From the NCBI GenBank assembly GCA_030704615.1, contig CM060733.1, positions 37,076,001 through 37,140,000 of the forward strand: 64,000 nt of DNA. Direction: 5' to 3'. Origin of the DNA: Takakia lepidozioides (Eukaryota > Plantae > Bryophyta). Of the stretch, positions 11,917-25,762 are shown one piece after another. Position 1 is the first letter of the stretch; every line of letters begins with the position of its first letter. The position numbers and the translations under genes are program-made. The notes beneath the pieces are model-generated. The model made no database searches. It saw only the letters and a list, made by a program, of their open reading frames with translations, and had not been told where the DNA came from.

Positions 11917-14900
11917 GATTACTGAACAGATGGGAGTGGGACTTGAATTCCCTTCAACTATCGTAATATAAACTGGGCACTATGTCTGCTTGAGTGGAAT
12001 TTTGTTGTACTACAAGATTGCTTTCTAGGATTTGATTTTAGCTGCTTTCAGATCAACTAGAAGCCCTGCTGTTTGCGGCTGGTCCCAAAAAGGAGGAAAC
12101 GGAACCATCTACAAGTTACTTTCTGCCACCCTGCCGTAGATTGACGTAATTTGCAGGGGCGAACGTCCACTTCTCCTGTCACTACGACTGGAACAACATT
12201 CCTCCATCTCGTCTGGTTCAAAAGTCCTCATGTAACGAGCCGAAAACCGCGAATAGTCATAAACCAAAAGATCTGCGTACGCACACCCTCGCAAGTTTCT
12301 TGTGTCAGATAGCACAGGGTACAGGGAGAGACAGTTGTGATCACTCGGAAGCCTTAAGGATCGACGGGGTTGTGTCAAAACCTAGCAAAGAGAAAAAGAG
12401 GGCTAAAAAAAACGTGTTCGCAAATATAGTACTCTGGACAAAAGGAAAAAGAAAAGAGGAACGTCGGCTTTCCTTTTCCCAGACAACACGGAACCTAAAT
12501 CAAGCACTAAAGGAATGGCTGCTTATGACGAGCTACCAAAGAAGGTGTAATAATATGGACACGGAGGACAGAAGACGATAGACCTCGACAAAAGGAAGAC
12601 AAGAGTCAAAAAAGAGAAATCATACAGAGAGCGGAGCGAAAGAACGCTCTGAGTACAGAAGTATACTGAGAGGCAGAAGTGCAGGGGACTCCGGACAAAG
12701 CAAGGAAGAAGGTAATTTGTTAGACAGTCTGAGATGCAGACGGAGCAACTCTGCAGGACGCTTACATCAAAGACAGAAAGAAAGAGGGACAGCTTGAGAG
12801 CGAGCAGAGTGCCATCAAAATTAAACAGGCCCTGGCAAATAGCTTGACAGACATGGAGCTAAGCAAAAGAATACTTTGATCATCGGAGCTTCAAAGCTTC
12901 AATCCAATCTACACGGGCCAGTTCCACCACTCCCAACAAAAAGAGAAGCCATGGTCACTTACAAGCACACACATGAAGCTCAACCAAGTACCCCACGGTA
13001 ACAACTCGTGTTGGTACACGTGCCAGTTCAAAGCACCGAATTCTTTAGCAATACGAAGCGCACCAAATCCGACAGTAAAACTGAGCCTTTTCACAGCATC
13101 CGATCAACCCGACCCTGGCAGTTCCAACAAGGCCAGAACTATGGATGTCTCGGAAGGAGGAAGCCGACACAGAAATTCCACTGGAACAGCCCGAGTTTCC
13201 CCCCCCCCCTCGATCAGCGTTATTCTTGTTGGGCAGCTCCGAAACTGTTATCGGAAGGGAAACGTAGTAAGACTAAAGCACAGGCATGGCGATCCTTCAG
13301 ATTCCTCCGAAGTAACCCGAGGTTCCTTCACCTTCCATGCACGCTACACGTGCCAGTCTCCACCAAAAACAAAAGCTCAGCGCTGGCAGTGCGGAGAGGG
13401 GCTTGCACAGGAAGTAGCAGAGCATTCTCCTTGAAGGCGCTGTGAGAAGCTTGGGGGGGGGAGAGACGACCCAACCGCGCGGTTGACCGCACGGTTGATA
13501 CACACCGCGCGCAGCTGGTTTCCGCCTAGTATTCAAACGACGACCGAGCCGTTAGGCTACATGAGGGTCTAGTAGTAAGTTACTAATACTCATTCCCAGT
13601 ATTTTGGACACTAGTGACCGACTTGTAACTCACTAGTTGGCTCTCAAGAGCGCAGGTGCAGGCGTCCGTTAGGGCTGTGTGCAGACTGTGGATTCTACGC
13701 AAAAGGCTTGTGTGCAGTGTGATCACGGCCACGCTGGACTGCAAGCCACCAATTCCTGTGTGACACCACTTCCTTCCTTTCCTTTATCCGTGACGCTGCT
13801 TCTTCAAGAGCGCATCAGCATGCTGAGATCATCTGAGCAAGTGAGCAGCACAAGCTAATCCTCAGCTTGCGAGCACATGAATCGTGTCTCATAGGGGCCC
13901 CACACCAAGGTAAAAGACTAATGCGGCCCCGATTGACTATGCGATGTGTGGATGTGCATAAGAAAGTTCCCGTTTAAAGAGGTATAATCGGGTCACTAGC
14001 AAGTGTATGAGACTGGTGTTGCTGCTGAGTTTTCTGATCAACAAATTGCAACATTTTCCTGATCTTGTCCTTCGAGACTAGGTTATTCTCAAAGTCAGCT
14101 TTGACTTGCCTGAGACATTTTGGGATCACCTGCTTGCCACAGTGCACATGCTATGAAGGAGCGCGTCTCCCGTCTGTTAAGTTGTCACGTTCTCGATTAG
14201 CATGGCATTTCACTTGTTCCGGCGGCATATTAGTCAAAGCACTTAGCTTAATCTCCAGCTGAAGGTTCTCCAGCAGACCTGGTTGGTGTATAGGAGGACC
14301 TGTTGACGTGCTTGGCTCTTGGACCCTCACTGTAGCTCTTATGGCTTCTGCTGGTTTTATTTTCCAAAGAACAGTTCGGGAAAAAATTGAAGGTCAAGGA
14401 AATCGAGACGTGGGAGCGGCCAATAGGGAGGCAGGAACAGGGTGCAGTACAGCCATGGCACGAAGACGTGTGTCCAGGCTGGGATGGGACCAAGACGTGT
14501 GTCAAGGCTTGGAGACACCTCTCTGCGCATGCACAGCTCTGGACTCATCGTTGACAACGTGGATCTCAAAAACTGCTCCGGGCACGTGGAAACATACTCG
14601 CCAACAGAGCTGCATGTCTGTCTATAATTTAATCGGACTCTCAAATTCCACGAACCTCAGTTTATCCTCTGTTTTGCCACAAAGTAATCGAGATCTCGTA
14701 TGACGTCATGAAGAATAGAAGCTGCAATTCTTGGTCTTGGCGAGCCCCACTTCTCAAACATTGAAAAAGTGATTTCCAGGAAGCTTCGAACGTTGCCCGA
14801 TCGTGCACAAGGAAGAGACTTAAGGGGCCATCTCCATTGACCCAGGTAGGCAGTTCCCTTCTAGGGATTGAGCAGGGGTCTTGCTCAAAACCTAGGATTG

Positions 14901-17900
14901 ATTCGATGCTTCGATTGAAGCTGTAGCACAACCAGGAGCTGAAATAACCGCGGCCAACATTTGCAAATGCCAGGAAGCTACAGACTGTTGAGGTTACAAT
15001 AGAAATCCTCGAGTGTTACATTGTTTTCAAAATTATTGTTGCCAAGACTAAGAAATTTCACACAAACCACCCGTGTTTGCCAGATTGAGAGACGCAAGGA
15101 AAAAGAGAGTAGGGGGAAAGATGTCAACTCATGAGCTTATACTCACGACCAAGACCTCAGTCCGGAAACTGGCAGATTTGAGAGTGATTAGAGAGATGAA
15201 CCAAGAGTGGCAACCGGCCACCACTATCGCAAAGGCCTACTCTGGAAATGAAAACTGAGAACTTATCTACCTAAAGACTTGGGCAATCAACAACTCGCCC
15301 TTCAAGATCTTGCAGGATGTAGCCTCATTCTCTTCTCCCAAGCTCATGTTGAATCTGCTCAGGAATGACAATAAATAAAAGGATGTGGAAATTTGAAGGA
15401 CTGATTGGCATGACCAATCCTTGCTTCTCTATAATGTGAAGGATGTCATTGCAAGCAAGCCACCCAGTCTCACAGACTTCTGTTCTCCTCCTGTTTGTGT
15501 TATGTCAGTCTGCACTTAGTGGAACCTGTTGTGCATCAGAGCAGCCCCTGACCATCTAAGGATGGAACCAACCTTCTGCGGACTCCCCTCATACCTATTC
15601 TCACCTGTGCTTCAGCATCCTACCTATCAGCCCATAGCCCTTCCATGTATGCCTAATCTACATGTCCTTGTCTTTAGTGTGCTTGCATGGCTTCGTACAG
15701 TTTGTATACTGTATGATCCACCACCATATTGGAAGGGTCAATTCTACCTTAATCTCTGAAAATCTTATTCCCAATGGACTTTAACCCTAACTAAGGTTTA
15801 TGGAAATTGGGCTGAATACATGAAAGGTAGTAGCAGTTAAGGGGGCATCCCAAAGGGTATGTTTCTTAAAGGGAGTGTCTTTTGAGTGCAGACCCGTAGT
15901 TCACTCACCCTCTCCTCTACCGATCCTATCATTTTATGTTTCGAGCTCCACACAATAAACATTTAGAGCACATCGATTTCACAGGGATATTTTTTTGCTT
16001 GGATCTTTGATTTTGAGCTCTTCATCCTTGTCACAGTCAGGTTTCTGATGCTTCTCTTTTCGTGAGGATGTTGGTCTACAGAGGGAGAGGCAGTCTGAAA
16101 TTACAGGGGCACAAATTGTGTCCACCCCAATTAAGAGGAAGAAAATGATGAATCCATCTGGTAACTGGAGGTAGAAAGAAGACTCTCCATAATTTTACCA
16201 AACAAGATTCCCTATGGAAGAGGGGTTTGTACACATTGGTTGTATCAACAGTGCTGATGGAAGTGGTAAGAAGTTATGCAATACCAACCAACAGTGGACC
16301 TCCTCATGGCACTTGCAGTACTGTAGAGGCCTCAACACCTCTACTATTTCTTAAAGGTTGTGCCACCACCTACCGAAGGTCAACGCCCATTCCACAGCTT
16401 CGTTGTTTAGCAGGAGGTGAATTTGAGCCAGAGATGGTGAGGTAAAAGCAGACGGTCAGAACTCAAGATGGCGGTGTGAGACAGATTTGCCAAGAGACCT
16501 GCGCTTTGATGAACCTGTGATCAATTGTGAGGGCTTCCTATCTGCCGCAGACGAGAAGCTGTGGGCTTAGTTTAGCCTGATCCATGTTGATGGTCACCAT
16601 ATGGTAGTGATCGAGAAGAGCACACAACATGTCATGAACCAACTTTGCAATCACCAAGGAAGAAGAGCCTCAATTCCATACATCTGCACCAGGCCTGCAA
16701 CTCCATGACTCTTTCACTTCTAAACCTAGTCATATAGGGGGCAAGAATAGAGCACACTTATAAGGGTAAATAAACCACTGTGAACTGCATGGATATTCGA
16801 ACAGACCCAATTTTGACCAGAAGAAACAGATGGAAACGTGGAGTCAAAAGACAAAAACTTCCTCTGTTTCAGGGATGTCTACCCTTCTCACAACACAGTC
16901 TTAAGGACAGAATGAAACCTCAGTGCCCCAAAACATTTGGAGATGAAATTCATGATCTGACAAGCCCATCACAAGCTCGTGCCCTGTCCTGTAACTAGAG
17001 AAAATTAACTGATGTAAGTCTACTCTTTCCAATTCATTTGACCCTAAGGAAAAGGTGCCACTTCTTCCTTTTCATGGTAGTAGACTTCAGAATTCTCCTG
17101 CATGCAGTGCTCGTCTGTCACACTGCCTCATACTTGGGATCCGCTACCACATAAGCGATCACCAACAAAAATATTCAAATCCCCAAAATGTTAGCAAAGA
17201 ACCCAAGATCCGTATCAGTAATCATCTGCAAACCCCCAAACCCAACAAATACGATTACCGATCAACTCCAGTCATTGGCAGAAATTAATCGACAGTGCTG
17301 TGGATCGGGAAGTAGATATGAAGTACTAAAAGAATGAGTAAGCTGGCATATACAAAAGGGTCAATGTAAGCAAGCCACGACACGGCGGATGACGAATAGA
17401 CAGACTACCACAAAGAAACCTGAAATGCAGACCGTTCTCCTGGTGAAAAAGTGATGGAGTTCGACCAAAAGCAAAAAAAGAGTGCACATACTAAGCAAAC
17501 TCCCTCAAAGTGGAACTTGCTAGGGCACAAACAAAGAAGAGACAGAGGGAAAGGCATTGAACACTAAATTCAAAACAAGAGAGAAGCACCTTGCTCACCC
17601 GCGATCGCAATCGCTCCGCTGCCACACTTGCGAGACAGACGTCCTACAACTTTTAGTGCAGTCCACCAGAGTCTTTCTTTTTTTTCTTTTTTTTCTTTCT
17701 CGGTATTTTAAACTATACGTTTTATTTAAGGAAAATGGGTTCAAAATTTAACTCGATTACTGAGGAAAAGGGATTACCTGCGGGCTGGTAGCTCAGCTCG
17801 ATAGTGCACTGTGCGTCACCCTGGTGGTTCGGGCAGCTGTGTCCGGTGGGTATTTGTTTCGCCTTGCTATGAGAGAGAGAGAGAGAGAGAAGGGAGAGAG

Positions 17901-18824
17901 AGAAAGCATCGCGGACGAGTTGGAGAAGAAAGGGCACGCTGACCAGGACTACGATGATGCTTCATCCTTCAGGTTAGGTTGTGGTATTCCGTGCTCTTGC
18001 ACTCGTAAGCTAGTTTAGGGATATAGGGCACAAAGGACATGAGGTGTGATTGCTTTTGAACAAGTGTTTTAATGAAAGATGGTCTGGTAACAGATGCGGC
18101 GGCAGATGCGATCAAAGCAATTGAGCTGAATCCGAACCTTTCCCACGGATATCTGCAGACAGGGTAAAGCTGGATTCCATGAATGCCTCTTCAACTTGAT
18201 GCTATACTTCCATAACCCTGTGTCGGTTGGTACTCCAGACGCTTTAAACGATGTAATTGTGGAAGTAATTATATAGCGCTCTCTCTCTCTCTCTCTAGGT
18301 TTAGGACTGGGCTCGGTGTCTATGGCCACAAGGCTACGGCAAACAACGTCTTATGAGTACATTCTTTGGGTTTAGGGTTTGTAGAGTTAAAATAGTATTA
18401 GTAACTTGGAAGGGCTGGAAAGTAATCAGATACATTTCAGGTTGTCTTATCCCGTGCAAGCCTGATTCAAGTGGGTATCAGATCATCTTCCGTTGGGTAT
18501 TGAATAGAAAGGAATTTGTGTTGTGGTGCTATGTCAGGGACAACAGTGCTTGCTCCTCAATGGAGGACCAGACTGCAAAGCTCCAACCCAATAATACAGG
18601 CTTCAAGACTGGTGCGAAACTGAAAGGTAAAACATCCACTTGTGTTGCATCAAAGAGAAGCCATCCCTCATGCTCATGTTCAGTGTAAGGCAATAAACAG
18701 CAAGGATTTTCCACTGACTGTAGTGGCAGAGCCATGCTTCAGGTATAGGTTGTTGTTGCACTCGTAAGCTAGTTTAGGGATATAGGGCACAAAGGATACG
18801 AGGTATGATTGTTTTTAAACAAGT

Positions 18825-19140
18825 TGTCAAGTTATTTTACCACTAATGTGAAACTAGCTAAGAAATAGCTAGCTTTTACATATTGACATTTGGGATTGGC
18901 CCAAGTGTCAATCCAGGGTCAAGGCAGATTTAGGCCCTGGAGTGGTTATCTTCACGGCAAGCGCGGGAGGCTCATCTTTCCCGAGTTGAGCCTCACCGCG
19001 CCTAGCTATGGCGCCGTAGTGTGGATTCCCCATGGCGTGGGGTGCACTTGGCTTGACTTGTATTTGAGTAATGAGGTTATATATGCATGAGTTTATGCTT
19101 CAGCTTTGTGAGCTCGTGCTTGTATTCTTCTTCCTTATCA
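18825..19140 (+). repeat. Terminal repeat segment A1 (5' end; inferred downstream U3/R/U5 part of the LTR)
   Basis: About 96% identical to 41975-42291 (about 13 differences in 316 bp by eye). Starts TGTCA and ends TTATCA. Confidence 0.9.
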
Positions 19141-19155
19141 CTCGAGAAAGATGAG
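19141..19155 (+). promoter_or_regulatory. Putative self-priming primer-binding site
   Basis: CTCGAGAAAGATGAG directly follows A1. It is the reverse complement of CTCATCTTTC(C/T)CGAG inside segment A (18971-18985, 14/15; 42122-42136, 15/15). No TGG-starting tRNA PBS is present. Confidence 0.75.
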
Positions 19156-19809
19156 TATCTGTGAGTGTCAGATACGAGTTAGTTGTAGCACTTGTGGTTT
19201 TTGCTTGAAAATGAGATAAACTAGGTTGTTATGCAATGAGCACCGTGGAGCTCTTGGTTGTTAGAAGCGGAGGCGATGTGGGTTACGAGGTGGTAGACCT
19301 TGGCATTCGATCTTCAGCTTCAGAGATGCTGCAGGTAATTCCAAGGCACCTTGATGGTTTCAGATTGTGTACATGCATGAACAAGCACGATTGGGAAGAG
19401 GACCAGTCAAGAGCATGTTAGAGTGGCTTTGGTGGCAAACCTGAGAACTGGACTTGGGAATGCGAGCTTTCATTGTGTGAAGGATTGCAAGACCAAGCGA
19501 AAGGGCTAATTTGGCTTGGGGCTAATCAGTGCTTTTTGTAGAGTATGTTGATATTGGGTTTCAATCTCAAGCTTCAATATTGAGAGGGCTCTTGTCATGG
19601 CAAGAGCAGGGCTGGAACAGGAGCTAAGAGGTGCGGCAAGGCCATGGAATGTGTACCTAGGATTTCAGAGCTTGGAAGAAGAGCTCTTGCACCACAAGAG
19701 GAGTGTCTTGTGGCTGGAAATGTAAGCCTGAGGGTTTTAGGAGCTTGGCAAAGGCTGTAGAGTGCTTAGTCTTGTCTTAGAGAGCATCAAGGAGCCAAGG
19801 AGCCAAGAT

Positions 19810-20180
19810 AGGGGGCTGATACCTCTTGTGTGAAGGGGTTGCATGTGTGGAGCATGTATTCAGCTCATTGAAGCTTCCATCTTCAAGCTTGGAGGGCAAG
19901 CAAGGAAGAGGGAAGGGCTTACTTCCCTTATGTGAGGGCAATGCATGTGTGGAGCATGCTTTCAGTCTGTTGAAGGCTTGTACTTTCAGGTTTGGGAGTG
20001 CAAGAAAGGAAGGAATGGGCAAGTTCCCCCGTAGGGCATGTGTGGAACATGCTTTCAGCCCGCTGAAGCCTATATTTTCAGGTTTGTGGGTGCAAGAAAT
20101 GAAGCAAAGGAGCTGATTCTCTTATGGTGAGAGTGGGGCATGTGTGGAGCATGCCTTCAGCCCATTGAGGCTCTTGTTGT
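19810..20180 (+). repeat. About 100-bp degenerate tandem repeats (4 units) in the retroelement 5' leader
   Basis: Core GCATGTGTGGA(G/A)CATG recurs at ~19840, 19943, 20036 and 20138. Confidence 0.75.
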
Positions 20181-21506
20181 CAAGCTTTAGAGAGCTAGAA
20201 CGGAAGGGCTAGGGCCGGTTTCCACTTGGGGTGAAATAAAAGCACTTGCAGGGCATATGTGAGTTGGGGTTTCAACTTCAAGCTCGAAGGGAGCACAACT
20301 TGTGAAGCAGCAGGTGCAGGGGCTGGATTAGGTGCGAAGGGCATGCTATGGTCAAGAAAAGCACGTGAATGAGTGCCTACAAGGGCTGGAAGTCAGCCAT
20401 GTTTGGTTAGTCGCCATAGGGATCAATGGCGCGGGGGTTGCGCGTGAGCGTGAGCATGTGAGCGCGTGAGCGCAGCCAGGCTCATGTCATGTCAGCATTA
20501 TTGTCACGTTGGCACACGGGTCTGATGCCACGTCAGCAGACCTTGCCAGCATGGTTGACGCCACGTCATTTCCATAGGCACGGACCCATAACCGTGGGCC
20601 GAATAGGCAGAAGAGTGCCTATAGCCGCGGACTTGTGCATTCGGCACATATGGAACCATATGTGGGCGACGAGGCGTAATGAGGATGAAGGAGAGTCAGC
20701 ATGCTCCAAATATAGATGAATGTGGATGAAAAGTTGTGGATGAATGTGGATGTATGAGAGTAGATGAATGTTGAATGAGGATGTCATTCTAACATTTATC
20801 TGAACCAAGCACAACAATCAATGTCGTTTGCACAAACATCACAAATTGGAGAAAATCCCTCATGAAGCACATGATAAGATTTAATCCATGATGTCTGCCA
20901 TTTGGGGAAAGATAGACTGATGAAAGCAACGTAGAATACAGATCTTTGATTTTTTTCTTTTCTCCCATTGGTTACTGCAACATTCCACTGTACGCTCCAC
21001 TTTCGCTTTCCTTTTCAGTGTCGACACATTGTGAGCCATTTCAGCACCATACTTCCTGCAACACACCAAATCACCACCCTAAACTGAAAATGCGACCTAG
21101 TCGCCTTGCCAGTGAGGTACAATCTGCTCATCTCTCCTGAGAGAGCACTGAAATTTTCAAGCTTATTCATTAGTTGTAAGCATACCCATTAGTTGTAACA
21201 ACATATTAGAAGATGAATTTGGCTACCGGTTGTGCATAAGGAGGAGTTTTAGGTCTTTCACATTGTGCACCAAAAATTTGACGAAACCACTAGGCAACAC
21301 ATGCTTTGTTTTCTTGTTTGACCCATAACCAATGTTAGGCATTTGTGTGGTGCCCTTGAACATATGAGGCTAAGCATGAACAGAGATGTCGTGCAAAGGA
21401 ATAGCTTCCAATATCTTGCCACCCAAATTATTGCATTAGCTAATGTGAAAGGCATTTGGGGGGGGGGGGGCACATGCTATAACTGGGAAGCGAACACCAA
21501 ACAAAC

Positions 21507-22035
21507 TTACTCACATGTGATATCGTCGTCGAGGTCCTTGTCATCTCCCTCATTGATATCAACATGCACTACAGCCTCCTGCTCTTTGGCGGCAGGCATT
21601 GGCCCTTGCAACTCTTGGAGGCTCAGTAAAAATGGCTGCATCCCCTTCCATACCCAACAAATGTCGGCCCGCTGCCTTGCAAGCATGGTACGAAGCTCTT
21701 GCAAGACACAGTTGTGTTACTAAGATGTTATAAATTGTGTATTAAGGGAAAAAAGACCACAGAATGAGAGATGTCAAACCTGTTACAAGAGTCAGGTCGA
21801 CGATGCACGCCCCCGGATGGGAATGTGTCTCAATAACAGTTTGAATAAAAGTTGGACTCTTCTCCTTGGCCCCTCTCCATGGTGTTCCATTCGACTTTCT
21901 CAAACAGACATTCGAATCCACGTAATTGTTCATAAAACAACCTCTCCCATGAAGCCTGAACTCCTTCACTGCAGCAAGAGTCGAAGAATGGTGCACCCTG
22001 ACGAGACAGATGGCTTAAAAAAGACGGGTCTGCAC
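21507..22035 (-). pseudogene. Intron-containing relic resembling the C-terminal SAM-binding part of beta-class N4-cytosine/N6-adenine DNA methyltransferases
   Basis: Spliced translation PWRGAKEKSPTFIQTVIETHSHPGACIVDLTLVTG|ASYHACKAAGRHLLGMEGDAAIF matches the KP..L...LI...S.PG..VLD.F.GSG.T..AA...GR..IG.E pattern. The acceptor appears mutated (tgcaa). No catalytic (D/S)PP(Y/F) motif was located. Confidence 0.55.
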
Positions 22036-22109
22036 TGAAGACAACACGAAGCACAAATGAGCGAATGCATACAAAAGGGCAAAAGAACAGTGCAACTTCA
22101 CCCCTTCAG

Positions 22110-23021
22110 AATTGAGTGCGTTGACGCACTAAATTCTGGATGGGTGAACAAAAAAATGAAATGAAGCAGACAAGAGAAGAATGCTACCCTTTATCGGAGT
22201 GGAGGATTATCATTTGTCCCGAACAGTCCCCCTTCGTCAGATATAAGCTGTTGACACCATTCCACCATTCTTGGCTGCTAACAGACATGTCCATACAGAC
22301 ACTAAAAGAGGAATCTCCCCCCCCCCACCCCAAAAAAAACCGGAAGCTAATCTCAATGGAAGGACAGACAAAACATCAGGTACCAGACCCTCTGAAATTG
22401 AGCACGTCAACGCACTCAGTTGTGAAGGGTTTTGATTTGCCTAATGGAAGTAAGCGTGTCCAGACAAGCAGCAAACATGAACTACCCTCCAAATCCAGAA
22501 GCATGACTCAAGGGGGACAAACCATAGCTGAGTTTGTGGCCCTCTGAAACTGTGTGCGTCAACGCACTCAATTTTGGAGGGCCACAAGTGGAAAATTTAT
22601 ATATATATATATATTAAAATTAAAATTATTATTTTATTTTATTTTGGGGAGGGGGGGGGGGGGGTCTCCTTCCTTTCCTGCCTAGAACTGAGTGCGTCAA
22701 CGTACCCAATTTCTTCACTCATAAAAGAGCTCCGTAAACGCATTCAATTTTTGAAGTTTGAAAGACGTCTCTCACTGCTCAGACTTCCCGGACCTTTCTT
22801 TATAGATTAGGGAAAGCAGAGACCGAAGGATGAGAGAAGGGCATTGAGAGAACCCTCAGAAATTGCGTGCGTCAACGCACTCAATTTTGAGGAGGTTCTC
22901 TTTCTCCCCTTCATTCACCTCTCTTGATAATATAGTGAGAGAAGTGCAGGGTACGACAGTGTGAGAACATGCAATTTTTGGGGATGCTCGCATTGCCCTT
23001 CTCTCATCCTTCGGTCTCTGC
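22110..23021. repeat. Dispersed 26-bp palindromes AATTGAGTGCGT(TG/CA)ACGCACTCAATT (5-6 copies) plus a perfect 28-bp inverted repeat
   Basis: Copies at 22110, 22396, 22548, 22686, ~22725 (degenerate) and 22861. Inverted repeat GCAGAGACCGAAGGATGAGAGAAGGGCA at 22816-22843 / 22994-23021. Confidence 0.8.
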
Positions 23022-24271
23022 GGTTCATAAAATGTGGATAGCTATGTGCAGAATGAAAAGTCCAGCGAAAGGACATGTCTGAATTGAGAGCACCCTGTTT
23101 TCTCTGTCGTCTACACTTCTATGAGCCCTCATACAGATCCGACAATGCTAACACAGAATGTTGACACAGAAAACAGAAGTAAAAAGGGCATAAAAACTAC
23201 GTGGGTCAACGAACGCAATTTTCATGTCTTCTCCACTGCCCACAATCAAGAGAAAGGAGAGAATCACCTTCGGTCATTTGGGAGGAGCACTTCCAGATGC
23301 CTCTGCTTGAGCCACAATCGCAACCGTCCTCCCCATCTGTGCAGCCTTCTTCCCCTTCGGCTTCGCTTCCTCAAAACGGTGTCGGGCTCCTCTGTGTCCA
23401 TGTCGTCAGGGTCGCCTTCTGTTGCTGTTTCTCCCCTCGTTCACCAGCTTCTCCGCGCGGCTGGTCCTCCTCCGCCATGTGCTCTGTTTCCAGGGCCGCG
23501 CTCTCCTTTGTTATGTCCTTCACCGTCATGTTGAGCTTGCGACCTCTCATTTTCTTTCTTGCCTTCTTCTTGTCTCTCATGAAGTGAAAAAGGAAGACTA
23601 TCTTCTACGCCTTCCACTCTCTTGCTGGGAACTCAGTCTCCTGCTACTCTCCAGATTGAAAATCACGAACTACTGGGCTGCGAGACGTCGTGTGATTAGT
23701 ACCAGCCGGGGCCTCGATCTCGTTATGCATGTGTTCACAGCATATGTGTCCACCTCGCAAAGGCACATTTGTCCTTTCGGCAGTGGCCGCCGTCTTGAAC
23801 TAGTTAGGTATGGCCATTAGTAGTACTATTGCTTGGTGATAGATTCGATTTGGATGGATGAGTTATTAGGCTAGCTTTTGCCGGTTTTTCCCGGTTCGAA
23901 ATCTTCATATGTGGCACAACATGCCACATATCATCTCCGACCGAATTTTCTGCAATCCTGCACTCAATATTGCATTGTCGGATTCCACGTGCCTCAACAA
24001 GTTGGGATGACATTGGATTCCAATACTTTCGTCTCCGCCATCTTTTCACTTGGGTCGGTACAGGCACATAACTGCTTAACAACTGTTTTTGGAAGACTCT
24101 TTAACGGTATGTCAGCTTTTCAAATATTTGGGTTTAGGCTCAACCTTCCATATTAACGGCTTAGGACATAGAAGACGATGACAGGATGGCCTCGTTAGTA
24201 TCGGTGCGAACTCTAACGGCGTAGAGATGTAATCCCCACTGTCGTTTGTAACAAGAATCCACACACAAGTC

Positions 24272-25762
24272 ATGGGACTATGCACTTTGAGGCTTCAAGT
24301 GGCTCAAAATTTCTCGTGCACCAGCATGGGTTCCTCTGAAGTGGAGTTTTACTCTGTCGAGAAACCTGTCCATTTCTTGAAGGATGTCGATGACAATGGT
24401 TTTGCAATTGCGGAGGAACATCTCCTAGCAACACGTTTTGAGTACCAGATTGGCACTGTCTTCCTCGAAAGAGAGGCTTACGGTATCGACGGGAAGTTGA
24501 TCAAATATGAGCTCTACAGCAACAAATGAGATACCGGGAGTTCTTGCGGGGTGGCTTGGTGGCAATGGTCCCGACAAGTCTGAGTTGATGTTGCAAGCTA
24601 CAAGAAGATCGGGGGATCCCAACAAGATAGCCAAGGTTGTCAGCATCTGTGCGGAGGGAGCTCCTCTGGTGTCTAGAGTTCAGCATCTGAAGGGCGAGGA
24701 GAGATTCGGCTCTTGTAAACGAAAATTGAACACCCCTCCCAGTTCGGATGCAAACTTGCACAGGCCGGACAGGGACAACTTCTCTCCACTCCACGTGTTC
24801 CATTGCATCAGAGATTTGTTTCCGGAATGTCCAGTGCGGAGGAACTTCTTACAAAGCCAGACCCAGGCATCTCCCACTGTCAATGCAATGGGGTGCAGGA
24901 GTCGAACGTCCTCCCCAATGTGGTGGAGTCCATGTGCCCTGACGAAGTCTGGCACATAGAACGCAGTAGTGTTGGGTCTCGAGTGAAGTGCACGGCAATC
25001 AGAGCCACCAATCGTGAGAAGTGCAAGTCCTCCATATCCAAAGGCAAGGTCCGCACTCCGGCTCCAACCTTCACTGGTTTGTTCCAGCCTTATGGGCAAG
25101 CAAAGGCGAAGAACCACTAATTCTGGTTCTGCCTTGACGACTGTGGTAGGTGCGTGCATGGGACTGTGCGACCATCAGTGGTCATGAAGCCTCCTCCACC
25201 AAGCATTTGGTCTGTGAAGGTGGGGACACATCTCACAACTCAGGAGATTGCCATGTTGCAGGAGGCAGGCTTCTCCCTTCAGCGAGCCCCCTCTATACAT
25301 GCAGGTGCTTCTACTTCAGCAAGTTCTCGAGTGCCACCACTCAACGCTGATGCATGGCCAACAAAACAAAATGGGAAGCTGGTTCGTCGTTTCCTTCCGA
25401 CTGCTAAACACTTCGGCAAGGTGGAATCCGCTCGAATGCTTCAAGGTCGTGTTACAGGCACTACGGAAGTTTCACATCCCGGGTCTGGACGAATCTACAC
25501 TATGATGACCTCCACATCCGCTATGCATGACCGATTGTATGACATCACAGTTTCAAATTTCCCAAACTGCACCTGTCCTGATTTTGTTGGCATGCTTACA
25601 ACAAGTTTGGGAAAGACAGGAAAATTTATACCCTGCAAGAATCTATATTTTATCTTCTTGAACAGAATGGTTTGTGATCCCAGACGCGACATCTTCATTC
25701 ACCAGGCCACCATGAGTTTCAACAAGGTGAATACACTTATGCAGCGGGATAGGAGCACATAA
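24272..25762 (+). pseudogene. Frameshifted gene with Cys-rich region and C-terminal SWIM zinc finger (transposon-associated)
   Basis: Consecutive ORFs 24272, 24507, 24803 and 25154 in shifting frames. C-terminus YDITVSNFPNCTCPDF-x14-PCKNLYFIF fits the SWIM pattern CxC-xn-CxH (His replaced by Asn). Confidence 0.65.

Noticed and set aside
12300-17700. Many short ORFs, possibly an old retroelement relic around 14300-16700
   Set aside because: No recognisable protein motif, terminal repeat or TSD could be supported by eye.
22110-22886. CRISPR-like array of palindromic repeats
   Set aside because: Spacers are long and irregular, there are no cas genes, and the context is eukaryotic and intron-containing.
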